NCBI GenBank assembly: GCA_012295275.1
Contig: CM022668.1
Span: forward strand, 14,880,001 to 14,944,000
Source: Chrysomallon squamiferum
Lineage: Eukaryota > Animalia > Mollusca
Direction of reading: 5' to 3'
DNA: 64,000 nt
In this document: piece after piece, positions 1 to 12,293 of the stretch
Numbering within the stretch: the first letter of the stretch is position 1
How the letters are laid out: each line of letters opens with the position of its first letter
Notes under the pieces: generated by a model
Told to the model about the DNA's origin: nothing
Databases searched by the model: none
Seen by the model: only the letters and a program-made list of their open reading frames with translations
Position numbers and translations under genes: made by a program

Positions 1-716
1 ATATTCCCTGAAAAAAGAAACCTACTGAACCATTCTTTTCAATCGATCAGCATCAAAAATTATTTTCCTATGCATTTTCCCACAGAGATGAAAAAATAGA
101 CCAAAGGGTCCGAAAAAGCAGTAATGAGGAACTAGGTGGAACGGTAAATAAGACCATATGAAACAAAAACAAAGAAGATCAACCCTAAAATCTATAATTC
201 TTGAAAGTATAGGAACTTTTACAACGGTAATAAAACTCACTCAATTTATAGTAATCATAGTTATTATTAATATAATACATAAAAGTCTTCCAAAGGAAAA
301 AAAAAAATATAGTTTAACAGACACAACAAACAACAACAACAACAAAGAAAATAAACAACACAACATCGTAAATAATTGAATCAGACTTTACATTTAATTT
401 TATTATCATCAGTGTGTACATGTAACATAAGAATGACATTTACTTCTGTTTTTTTTTTTTAATATCAGGTTTTGTTTTTGAAAACAAAGAAAAATAACAC
501 GGAAAGCAGAAACTAACTGAGGTATGTATATACATGCATATTACGTAAGCGCTGGACATTGCCTACTGTTTCCATAGTAACATAGGTTTGTATTGGTTTC
601 TGTTAAAAATTACTGTTACCGTATTAACTGCAAAGACAGCTGGAGTAGCATGTTTTAACGTGTTTTTGATATATTTAAAAATTAAAGGTGCATCATTGGT
701 TTATGTCCTTCAACTG

Positions 717-735
717 TAATAATAATAATAATAAC

Positions 736-831
<96 letters not shown>
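717..831. repeat. (AAT)n microsatellite (representative of many)
   Basis: Direct reading; similar tracts near 4630-4693, 10235-10293, 47236-47327 and elsewhere. Confidence 0.95.
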
Positions 832-832
<1 letters not shown>

Positions 833-1499
833 GCAATTATTTTGCCTTACGCTAAGAAGAGGCAAATACAGAATGATAATAAAGTCCAGATAATTAGTAA
901 TATCCCTAAAACAATTCATAAACCAGAACTCACTTAGAAAACGTGCATAAAATTTCTAATGAGGATGATGACGTAATGTCATTATCGCATTATTACGTCA
1001 TAAATTATTTTTTAAAGGGAGATGTAAAAAAAAAAGTAAAAAAAAAAAAAAATAAGAATAATAATAATAAATAAATAAATGAAATAAAAAACAAAAAAAA
1101 AAAACCAACAAAAAAAAAAATCTATATATATATATACATATAAAAACAAATTGGATTGAAAATTAAATTGGATTAAATTATTATTATTATTATTATTATT
1201 ATTACTGGCGGTAACTGTTATTTAAAAAAATTATTATTGTGTAGAATTACATAAAAGGAATTAATACGCTTTGTATGTTTCTTTGTGTGTTTATGTGTAT
1301 GTATTTATGTATTAACTATTACAATATATATATATATATATATAGGACACAATGTATTCGTTAAAAAAAGCAATATTTGTCATATTATATTTATTGTTAC
1401 AAAATTACAAACAAGATTTATGCAGCGCCTTTAAAAAGGCTTCTGATGTAATTAAATTCTTTAATACGCATTCTAGAACATATTTAGTAAGCTTGACAT

Positions 1500-2100
1500 G
1501 GCATCTTAATTATAGCTTTTATGCCTAATTATTCATAATTATAAATACGTTTAATGATTATATGATAAAACATAGCTTTTACATTTAATAATCCGTAATT
1601 ATAACTGTGCTTGAAATAATGCTTTAAAATCTAAAGTATATATTTCATAGGATGTAAACCATAGTTATAATTAAGTGTTAAAAAGCCCTTCAAGACTAAG
1701 ATACAGTTTATATATGTAATAGCCAATAATTAGAAATAAAACTTTAAACACATCTTAAAAGCTAAAATATAGCTTTTAAAGGTAATGATTTATAATTAGA
1801 AATAAAATTGGAACATCGCCGCAAAAAGCTAAAGTATAGCTTTTATACATAATACCTTACATTTACTATTAAGCTTTACAGAACGCATTAAAATTCTAAA
1901 ATAAAGCTTTATGCCTAATGATCCATAATTACTGTTGTCTTATTTAAACAATTATTTAAAAGCTAAAACATAGATTTTATGCGTAGCTTCACGATTGTTA
2001 ATAAGCTTCACAAAAAAACTTTTGAAATCTAAGTTTCAGTTATTCTACGTTATGATATATGATTAAACAAAAAATGCTGACGGTAATGCTTTGAAAAGAT
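1500..2100. repeat. Degenerate ~66-67-bp tandem array with core AAAAGCTAAAATATAGCTTTT
   Basis: Core variants recur near 1505, 1565, 1626, 1691, 1757, 1824, 1890, 1957 and 2023, each followed by a taat...ataatta-like segment. Confidence 0.7.
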
Positions 2101-2112
2101 TTGAAATATTAC

Positions 2113-2222
2113 ACGTAAGTTTCCGTTATTGTAAGTAAATCTCCGCCGTTGTAAGTAAACTTCCGTTATTAAACGTACGTCTCCGTATGATTCCGTTATT
2201 ATTCGTACGATTCCGTAATTAT
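2113..2222. repeat. Short degenerate ~20-bp repeat (GTAAGTAAACTTCCGTTATT-like)
   Basis: Recurrent gtaagt...tccgttatt and attccgt units. Confidence 0.6.
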
Positions 2223-2624
2223 AAATAAGCTTTACACAACGATTGAAATGTAAGCTAGTTTACGTTATCTGTAAAGCTTTAAAGTAATATAAATCTGACA
2301 AAATGCCTTATAAAAGATATTTAATTAAAAAAAAAGTAATGATTTATAATCAAAAGTCTTTAAAAAGCTGGTCTATATTACGTGATCTATAAATAAAAGG
2401 GTTATTTCAATATGCGGCTTATAAAGACATACTTAATTTAGTAAATATTTTCTTTCGGTCAGTGATACAGTTAAGCTCATATTGTCAAAAATAAAATTAA
2501 GAAAAAATAAATTTACAAATAAGAAAAAAAGATATTAAATAAAAATAATATGAATATATAATAAAGAAAATAATAAATAAATAAATAAATAAAAAATAAA
2601 TAAATAAATAAATAAATAAATAAA

Positions 2625-2669
<45 letters not shown>

Positions 2670-4210
2670 CAACGCACATAAAGCATAGATCAAAATCTAA
2701 TTTGCACTAAAGAAACTTAATTAAAGAGTAATTATTTTTTTCTTTTGATTTGCTATATCGTACGAACATAATTGTATTAAATATATAATTATAAGCTCAC
2801 ATTTACATCAGAAAAAGACACAGTACACATAACAAATAAATAAAATAACAAATGTTCTACATATCAATATAAAAACACAAAATATAATTATATTAATCAT
2901 TTACAGCTGTAACATGAAAAAAGATATTATCAGAAAACTTTTCGTTCTTGTCTAGTAAAGTAATAATAGTTATTTGGCTGTAAATAAATAATTTGTTCAC
3001 TTAGTAAGTTACTAACATAGTGAACAACATATTTATTAAACTAGTCAGTTTTTAAATATATATATATAGAAAAAAAAAAAAAAAAAAAAAAAAACAGACA
3101 AAAAATACAGTTAAAAAATAAAAATAAGAAAAATATATATATATTTTTTTTTAAATTAAATATTTAGATTTTAATTGTACAGTTTGAACGAAATTTTATA
3201 TAAATTTTATATAATTTATGTATGTATTTATGTATGTATGTATGTATATGTGCCTGCATGCATGTCTGTATGCATATATGTATGCGTGTAAATATGTGTC
3301 TATATGTATATGTGTATGTATGTGTGTATGTACATGTGTTTGTCTCTGTTTTTGTCTTTATATGTTTGTTTATATACTTCATGAACATATATATATACTA
3401 AAAAAAACAGAAAAAAAAAAATCGATTAAAACAAATTCAGTTTAACCTTGAATTTAAATGCCAACATCAAACATTATTACTTCATCAAAGCTTCTGTTAG
3501 TAAACTTGGAACTTCAAAAGCTCAAACAAACACAAAATACCACTGATTTAACCTTTTAGACAATTGTTTCTTTCACTGAACAGTTTCTTCATAGTTGTAA
3601 CAAAAACGTTTGTTTTAGCTCTAAATTTTGGCATTAATAAAGATTGGAAGAACTGACAATATTTTCGACTGTTCTGGAAGAAACTAAAATTTTCATAAAA
3701 TAAAGCGACATATTTTTAAAACAAATTAATTTTAATTTTTGTAAATGTGTTTATTACATTATCTTGAAGGACCTAGTAAGGTCTTATAAGGTATCTCTCA
3801 CTGAATTGAGAAATAAATAAGGAAGAAAAAAAAAAATATAGTTCCAAAATATTTTAACTGTATTAATCTAAATAATTAGGGAGTTTATTTTATAAAATAA
3901 CTGAAAATTTGAGCTTATACGTCTATTATTATTATTTTTAAAAAGTTATTTATTTCAGAGCGGCATGTCTAATTTACTTGGCATAATATCTCACAATATA
4001 ACGGTAAGTTGTTTAATGTAAAAAAAATTAATATATATATATATAAGAATTTTTAATATGGATTTCGCTCTAAAGAAAATATGTTAAGTAGTTAACATTT
4101 TATTCTCAGTTTTATTACTTTATTTTAAAAAGTTACTTTATTATTTCAAGTCATAGCATCTCATAACCATAGCGATATATATTTTTTTTTTTCATCTTAT
4201 GAACAGATTA

Positions 4211-4283
4211 ACTGTGCTTAATATAATTTAACGCATTCTTAAACTTTTACACTGCTTAATATACTTTAACGCATTCTTAAACG
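4211..4283. repeat. ~38-bp direct duplication (TGCTTAATATAnTTTAACGCATTCTTAAAC x2)
   Basis: Two adjacent copies seen directly. Confidence 0.8.
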
Positions 4284-4629
4284 TTTACTTAATTTCATAT
4301 CTACTTGGTCTTTAGTTTCGAGTTACATCTGCACTCTGTTTTTAACTGTGTTTACGCAGAAGTGTATCTATTTGCATAGTTTTACATGAGTACATAGTTC
4401 CAGCACAATAGCTACATGTACATTATTTACAATATTTAATCTATTTGTGACGTTTCAATACTATATCTACCTTCAGGCTTATATATATATATTTTTTTTC
4501 ATTTCACATTCCGTTATCTTTTGCTTTCTTTGATACAAATTGCATAATTGTTTCTTTTAAGCACAGAAACGGATATAAAACATGAAATATCAGTTCTAAA
4601 TAGTCTTTCTTATACAACTACAAAGGCTA

Positions 4630-4696
<67 letters not shown>

Positions 4697-4824
4697 GAAA
4701 GAAAGACGAGACAAATATCTACAGAAGAAGCAAATGTTCTAAACAATCTGAGTCTGAAATCAGTTTTCATTTCCGCAGTTCGTTAAAACAGTCGATCGAC
4801 TTCGTTTGTCATCAAATCCACAGT

Positions 4825-5040
4825 TACGACTTTGCGTAAGTTTTGCACTACGACTTTGCGTAAGTTTTGCACTACGACTTTGCGTAAGTTTTGCACTACG
4901 ACTTTGCGTAAGTTTTACACTACGACGTAGCGTAAGTTTTGCACTACGACTTTGCGTAAGTTTTTCACTACGACTTTGCGTAAGTTTTGCACTACGACTT
5001 TGCGTAAGTTTTGCACTACGACTTGACGTAAGTTTTGCAA
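4825..5040. repeat. 24-bp minisatellite, 9 copies (TACGACTTTGCGTAAGTTTTGCAC)
   Basis: Near-identical units read directly; explains the 8-aa periodic ORFs 4760-5095 and 4806-5066. Confidence 0.95.
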
Positions 5041-5669
5041 TACAACATTCATCATCGCCATCTTGAAAGGTTTTTTTTTTTTTTTTTTTTTTCACTCTGT
5101 GTTTTATCCAGATAAATTCTTCTTCGCTGTAGACGTGATCCGTAATAACACAGTAACGAAGTTACGTATGGTAACTGACGCAATAACGCCAGAACAAAAA
5201 ATTATCAAGTAACTCTGGCAGTTTCGTAGACATTTCTTTCGAAAACTTGTTTTAATCTACGCAACTGTGGAAGTCTCGAGATGTTTTCAAGTTGAATTAC
5301 TGGATCCATTCCTTACATCATAACGATACATATATATATATATATATGTTAATTTTTTTTTAATTTATTATTTTAACATTGTTGGTTGATCAGTTCACCG
5401 TTATTTTATTTTTATTTTTTTTTTATAATTTTATTTTGTTAATAACCTTTGACCTCACTTTTTTTTTTTTTTTTTAAATACTCAGTAACGTGGATTCAAA
5501 ACAACGCTTTTAAAAGTAATTCGAAACATTTAAAATATTTTTGTCTCTTTGTTCATCGTCGATGCACTGTTGTTGTTGTTGTTGCTGCTGCTGCTGTTGT
5601 TGATGATGTCGTAACCGTCGCCAATGACGTCGTCACCTCCGGCTCACGCTCCCTCGCGGCGATTCTCAG

Positions 5670-6131
5670 TCACGAGCAGCGGTGAACAGTCCTCACGGAC
5701 ACGCACGTCTCGCAGATGACGTCACAGCACCAGCGGAACTGGCACTTGCAGTTCTCCCTCACCGTCACCTCCGTCTTGCCGTAGCCCCGCCCGCAGCACA
5801 GCAGGTCGCACCCGCCCACGCCCATGGACGCGGGGTCGCACTCCCTCCCTTTCGTGCCCAGCGAGCCCCAGCGCTTGTTCCGCTTGCAGAAGTTCGGCGA
5901 CTCCTGCGAGTAGACCAGGTCCTCCTTCGTCGGCGGTTTGATCGTGTCTCCTTCGGGCAGGAGGTGCTTGCCGTCGTTGGAGCTGATCACCTTGGCGCTG
6001 CCGTCGAACTTGCCTTTGAGGCGGTCGCCCACGTGACGGAATCGCGGCATCTTGCGCCAGCACGTCTTCAGCGTGCACGACCCCGACAGGCCGTGACATT
6101 TGCACTCTTTGCGCATGTGGCGAGTGACGGC
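5670..6131 (-). CDS. Wnt6: Wnt6 coding exon 4 (153 aa plus TGA), AVTRHMRKECKCHGLSGSCTLKTCW...CCGRGY...CKCQFRWCCDVICETC...HRCS
   Basis: Polypyrimidine tract and CAG acceptor before 6131; 462 nt, phase 0. Contains CKCHGxSGSC (the Porcupine-acylated Ser) and the C-terminal Wnt cysteine pattern. Confidence 0.97.
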   Translation of the reverse strand, partial: AVTRHMRKECKCHGLSGSCTLKTCWRKMPRFRHVGDRLKGKFDGSAKVISSNDGKHLLPEGDTIKPPTKEDLVYSQESPNFCKRNKRWGSLGTKGRECDPASMGVGGCDLLCCGRGYGKTEVTVRENCKCQFRWCCDVICETCVSVRTVHRCS

Positions 6132-6181
6132 CTGAAAAGACAGAGAAAACACAGTTGCTTTTTGAAGTTAAAGGTTTGCTG

Positions 6182-6238
<57 letters not shown>

Positions 6239-6333
6239 AAAATGATTGGGTTTTTCACTGATGGATAGTGCTAAATGACGTAGTAATTGCTGTGGATTGT
6301 TTGTTAATGTGAACGCAGTGGAAAGAGACTGAG

Positions 6334-6367
<34 letters not shown>

Positions 6368-6401
6368 TCACACACACTAATACAGACATATTTATATTTA
6401 T

Positions 6402-6519
<118 letters not shown>

Positions 6520-7638
6520 TGTTATGTTCACTAGGAGAGAGAGAAAAAATTAATTATTTAATTCAAAGGGCTGCATCTACTTACTGATATTTCACTCGCA
6601 ATAATGTTATAATCTCTGTTATGGTCACTACCGTGGTTTAGTAAATATATTTTATAACTTATATTGGTTTATATAATTAATTAATCAATTAATTAATATA
6701 ATTAGAAATAAAAAATAAATCAATTGGCCATTCATTTATAACCGTATCCTTAAATATTTTACTTTAGTTTTTTTTTTTTCCTTCAGGACTTTAAAGTACA
6801 AAGGTGCAAAGATATCAACGACATTTTAGCAGAAAACAAAAATAAGAAGAAGAAACAAAAAAAGATCTCTGACGTCACACACACCACACACAAACAAATC
6901 AGGTAACACCGTTGTTGACGAAACGTCGCGACAAGCAAGGAGTTTTGTGGAGTATTAAATCATTAAAAGGTTAGATCGAGAGACGTGTTAAGCTCGGCCC
7001 AACAAGTTGACGATTAACAGAAATTTACTCGGCGAGAATCGCTAAGTCGCCTTCGTCCTTATCCGTGATGTGCGGAAGCTTACGATTTGTTTGTCGGGTG
7101 TTTTCGTGACGCGACAGTCTATTGATCGGGGATTTGCGCGGTTTAACTGCAACAAGTCTGAGGGCCAACAAGGTGCATATTTTTCTTTTTGTTTAAAATA
7201 TAAAATATTCACTGTACGTCTTTGTGTTGAAACCAAACTATTCAAAACTACAACAATAACAACAAGTGCTACTATTAGTACTTAGTACTATTATTATTAC
7301 TGTTACTAGTACTAACATTACCACTAGCACTGTTATTATTACTGTTAGTATAACAGTCAACACGTGATACTACTAGTTCAAATACTACTACTACTGCTGC
7401 TGCTACTGCTACTACTGCAACTTGTACCACCATTACTATTACTACAACTACCACTAGAACTACTTTTACTATTGCTACTATTCTTACTATTAATCTACTT
7501 CTGATATTACTACTACTATTACTACTACTACTACGACTACTACTACCACTACTACTACTACTAGTGAAGTAGCTGCCATTGGTGCTATTATTACTACTTT
7601 TGCTATAATCATTACTGCCTCTACTACTACTACTACTG

Positions 7639-7681
<43 letters not shown>

Positions 7682-9005
7682 GGCTATTTCTACTACTATT
7701 ACTACTACTACTGTTTCAATTGTTTCTGATATTACTTCAATTTCTATTATTGATGTTGCTGCTATTAATTATACTTCTACTACTTCTACTACTACTACTA
7801 CACCTGTAGTAGCGTAATATATGCGAACTTGCTGATCAGCTGTATTTTCCAAATCTAGAGTAGAATTATTGGAATAATGCTTAATGTACTAATATGATCC
7901 GGTACAGATATTAAAAATCGTTTGTTATGTTCTTGGACACAAATTATGATAACGTCATTTACCTTAGTCCGCAATGGATGTTACCGTTTGATAATAAACA
8001 TATATATATATATTCTTAAGAAGAATCTCTTCTCACTATTTACCCCCCCCTTAAATAATTTTAACCCCCCCTCCTGGCGGCCACGTGCACTTGTTTTTAA
8101 GAGCCGAGAGTTCATCGATCCTATCATTCGAGTGTTGTGGAGTAGGTGGTGGGTGTGTGTGTGTGTGTGTGGGGGGTTCGGCGTATCAATTGCTGATTCA
8201 TAAATAAGATTAGAAGAGAAAACATATTAAATTAAAGTTCACGATAGCGACATCAAAAAGTATAAAACACTGGGATTTTTTTTTTTTTTTTTTCTTCTTC
8301 TCTAAGAGCTAATTGAAAGAAAGAGGCGCGCCCTGTAACCCGCGCAAAAATATCAACCTCAGCACGTGTGTGGCTCGCTTAAAGCTCGAGCGCGCGCGCG
8401 CCGTGCACGCATCGGTTCGCGGGAGTATCGGATCTTTCAGAGAACACCTTGCAGACGACTGATAAAAATGGAAGAGCAGCCTCGATTTCAGCAGCACTTA
8501 AATGGCGCTCGTCTGGATTTCAGCAGAATTTAGGACGGAGTCGGATTGATTGAGATTGATGTCTTCGTGTTTGCAGACAGTGAAGATTTTTTTTTTTTTT
8601 TTTTTTTTTTAAAAGACGTAGCGTTATTATTTAATCTGCAGTTTTTTTGGTTTTATAAAAGACACGTTAAATGACTTCGGTTATAAAATGGTTGGTTTTG
8701 TAGCAGAAAACGGTTAATGTTAATGGGATGTAAATGTAATTGTAAGTGGATGGATATGTAATGAATGAATGAATGAATGATTATATAAATTATTGTAATA
8801 AATAATTTTAGAAATAGCAAAATTATTAAATTTTCTGATCTATGTACAAAATATGAACATAAATAAAATATGATTAAAACTGCCTTCCTCTCCACTAGCA
8901 TGTTTGAATGAAGTACTATAATATCGAGTCTTTACATATATAATAAATAAATAAACAGTTTATGAATTATAAATATACATATATAGGCGGGCACGAGTGA
9001 AAGAG

Positions 9006-9081
<76 letters not shown>

Positions 9082-10233
9082 ACAATCAGAATAAGAGATA
9101 CAGAGACATGGAGAAAGTGAGATACATAAAAAAAGCGATGAAAGAAAAAGCTCTCTCACACACACACACACACACAGACAGACACACACACACACAGACA
9201 CACACAGAGAGAGAGCTACCCACACAGATACAGAGATGAGTATTTTTTCTAAACAAGAGATCTTTGTTGGTCACTAAGTTTTGTCTGGCTACTATCTCGG
9301 AAACTGAAAGGAGTGGTCAGCTATTTAACAAAGACTCTCTCACGGAAACTGCTCAAACCCTATCAGTAAGCGAGACTCGGAGATAAAAAGGAAAAGTTTG
9401 CTACTTAAAGGAATGATTCAGTCTTGATAAAGATTCTTTGTTTGACCGAAACTTCAAAAAAATATCAACGTTTCATCGTTTAACGATATTTCAGTTAGCG
9501 CGCAATTTCAAAAGAACGTAATTATTTACGTTATTTTGTAAAATACGCCGAATTTAATTTGCCAGTCGCTTGCGTTTGTTGTTAAAGTATTCATTCGTTA
9601 CTTACTGAATATCAATGCATCATTCACTTAAAGACACTTCAGTTTGTACACGACCAAAACATAATTATAATGGGTTTTTTATATCATATTGTAAGTTGTA
9701 CTTATTTAATTTCTAGAGCCTTTTGGCGCTGTTGCAGTCTTTGATAGTTATAGGGAAGATACATCAGCGATTTCTTAGTTTATTTTGAGATTTCAGGAAT
9801 ATAAATATCATCATCATTGAATTCTGTTTCAGTTACTAAACCTCCACAGGATAAACAGTAAGTTTTTATTTATTGATTTATTTATTTAAAATTTAATTTA
9901 CCGTCATTTATATTACTGTTATTAGAAGTGGCATTTTTAAAATTTATAATTAATTTGATTAAGAACGTTTGTTTTGAATTTTATTACTTTGACTGAACCT
10001 GAATTACAGTCAGTAATATTATCTGTCTCAGTCTCTCTGTACGTCCGTCTGTTGGTTTAATTCTGTGTCTTTCTAAGCATCTGTTTTTCTGTCTGTCTGT
10101 CTGTCTGTCTTTTATTTGTATGCCCCCATCGACAATCACAGAAAATTAAGAAAAGTAAAAAAAAAACTGTAAAACTATAATTCGTAGGCTATTTATTTCT
10201 TTAATAAGGTTCATTCTTTGTATTTTAACATTC

Positions 10234-10297
<64 letters not shown>

Positions 10298-11227
10298 TAA
10301 ACAAAAAAAAAATTAAAAGAAATTAAAATTAAAAAAAAAAAAAAAAAATTTGGTGACTCATTCCAACGAAATGAAGATGACGGCAATTTTTTTATTTTTT
10401 ATTTTTTTTTCCTGCGGGATTACATTTATTTTTTCTCTGATTGATTTATTTTTCTTTTCTAATGCTTCGTCGTATTTTTTTTTTTTCTTCTTCTTCTCCT
10501 TTTATTTTATTTTTATTCTTCTGCGCAATTATACAGATGTTTATTTATTCAGAAAAATACGAACAATAAAATTTAATAAAAATGATATGCCATTCATTGT
10601 TTATGTTTATTTATTCAGAAAGAACAAAACGTTATGTTCAGTTTGATACGTGACTCATTATACCGTGACGAATCTAAACGAAGCGTTGACATTTTAACAC
10701 GGATGTCTGCCAGAGAATCTTGATCGTTTTGGCATCGTCCATACATTTCAGTTGATTTATTCCAGTGCAGTAAAGCAAACATTTAACCATATTACAGACG
10801 TCGAATTCGAGTTTGATAAGTTTGAAGACGATAAAATGGACGAAGAATAATAAAGCAAAGATATAATAATAATAAAATGGTTTTGAAAGCTTACAGTAGA
10901 AGTAGAAAATTAAAAAAAAAAAAAAATAAAAAAAAAAAAAAAAAAAATGTAAAACGGCAAAATTGAATCACAATTTGTAAAGGTGCTGTCACACTAAGAG
11001 ACTTAAAGTACCATTCTTGGCATCTCGTTTCATTTTCTTAAACTGAATAAATTGATTAATTTTATCTTAATATTAAAAGTTAAATACGGTTGTACTTAAT
11101 AATAAGAGGAGAAACCCTCTTTCGCATTTATTATCTAGGAAACATTTTATTTGTATTTCCCTTGTTTGACACAGACACACACACACATAAACATACAGCC
11201 TTTGAACAATAATGATATATAACAGAA

Positions 11228-11290
<63 letters not shown>

Positions 11291-11469
11291 TCAGATCGCT
11301 TTATATTTTTGTTGGAAATAATTTATTTATTTATGTACTTATTTATTATTTGTAAATTTGTTTATTTATTTATTTATTGTTTGCTCTGATATTGAATAAA
11401 TCATCATATTTCAGTTTAAAAAAACAAAATCACATTTGCAATCAAATCACGTGAATTAACTTTACTTAC

Positions 11470-11746
11470 CAGTCGTCCGGCCTCATTATTATGCAATCGT
11501 ATCAACGTAGTGACGTCACCGCGACGCTTCTTCCGTTTCCTCGCGTCCATGAACTCTCGCGACTTCTGGTATCCGAACTCGACGTTGTCGCCGCATCCCC
11601 CCACTCCCACTCGCCGTCCGTGGCGATGTCGCGGATGTTGTTCTTGCACGTGCACTGCAGGAGATGGCCCGTGCTGCACGCTTCCGTGACGGCGAAGACA
11701 ACTCCGGCTGCAGTCACAGCGTAAACGAAGGAAGACTCTCGGATGT
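11470..11746 (-). CDS. Wnt6: Wnt6 coding exon 3 with an apparent 1-nt deletion, (D)[92 protein letters not shown]
   Basis: Acceptor tttcAG before 11746 and donor CTG|GTAAGT after 11470. Wnt motifs are split over two frames (ORFs 11502-11717 and 11416-11679) at the C6 run 11597-11602. The exon is 277 nt, and 278 nt is needed for phase 1 in and phase 0 out. Confidence 0.93.
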
Positions 11747-11949
11747 CTGAAACAAAGAAAATAAGTTAATGGGTCTCAAGCCACAGTTCTGAAACGAGCT
11801 TTTTAATCTGGAACTGTCGCTTGTTGCTGCTGTTAACACTGTTGCTGTCATTTCTATTACATACTATGGCGAATTTAATTCAGTTATCAATAACGTGATT
11901 ATTGTTCTGTTATTTTTTTCTAATTCGACTAAGGATAGTATTGCTATTA

Positions 11950-12100
11950 CCCTTTGAACGATTATTTTATTACTATTACTGCTACTAGTTCTTCTCCTAC
12001 TATTACTGCTGATGTTGCCCTTTGAACGATTATTTTATTGTTCGTTATACCAGCTGTCACTGCTACTTATGTTCTTCTCCTACTATTACTGTTAATGTTC
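11950..12100. repeat. Local direct duplication (CCCTTTGAACGATTATTTTATT ... GTTCTTCTCCTACTATTACTG x2)
   Basis: Two copies about 68 bp apart in intron 2. Confidence 0.75.
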
Positions 12101-12185
12101 TCTCTCTCTTGTCTCTCTCTCTCCACTGTATTAGAGTCCCTTAATTCCCTCCTCTCGTTATACCAGCTCTCAGAAGTCTCTCTCT

Positions 12186-12293
<108 letters not shown>

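Noticed and set aside
4760-5095. Periodic SAKLTQSR / SFALRLCV ORFs
   Set aside because: Translation of a 24-bp minisatellite; non-ATG or poly-A-derived starts and no splice support.
5682-6258. ORFs 5682-6245 (+, 187 aa) and 5722-6258 (-, 178 aa) overlapping Wnt6 exon 4
   Set aside because: Shadow frames kept open by high GC3; they run into the (GT)n microsatellite and show no recognisable domain.
11416-11724. Programmed ribosomal frameshift or a micro-intron as explanation for the exon 3 break
   Set aside because: No precedent known to me in Wnt genes, no canonical slippery heptamer, and no GT-AG pair that restores the frame while keeping WEWGGC; a homopolymer indel is simpler.
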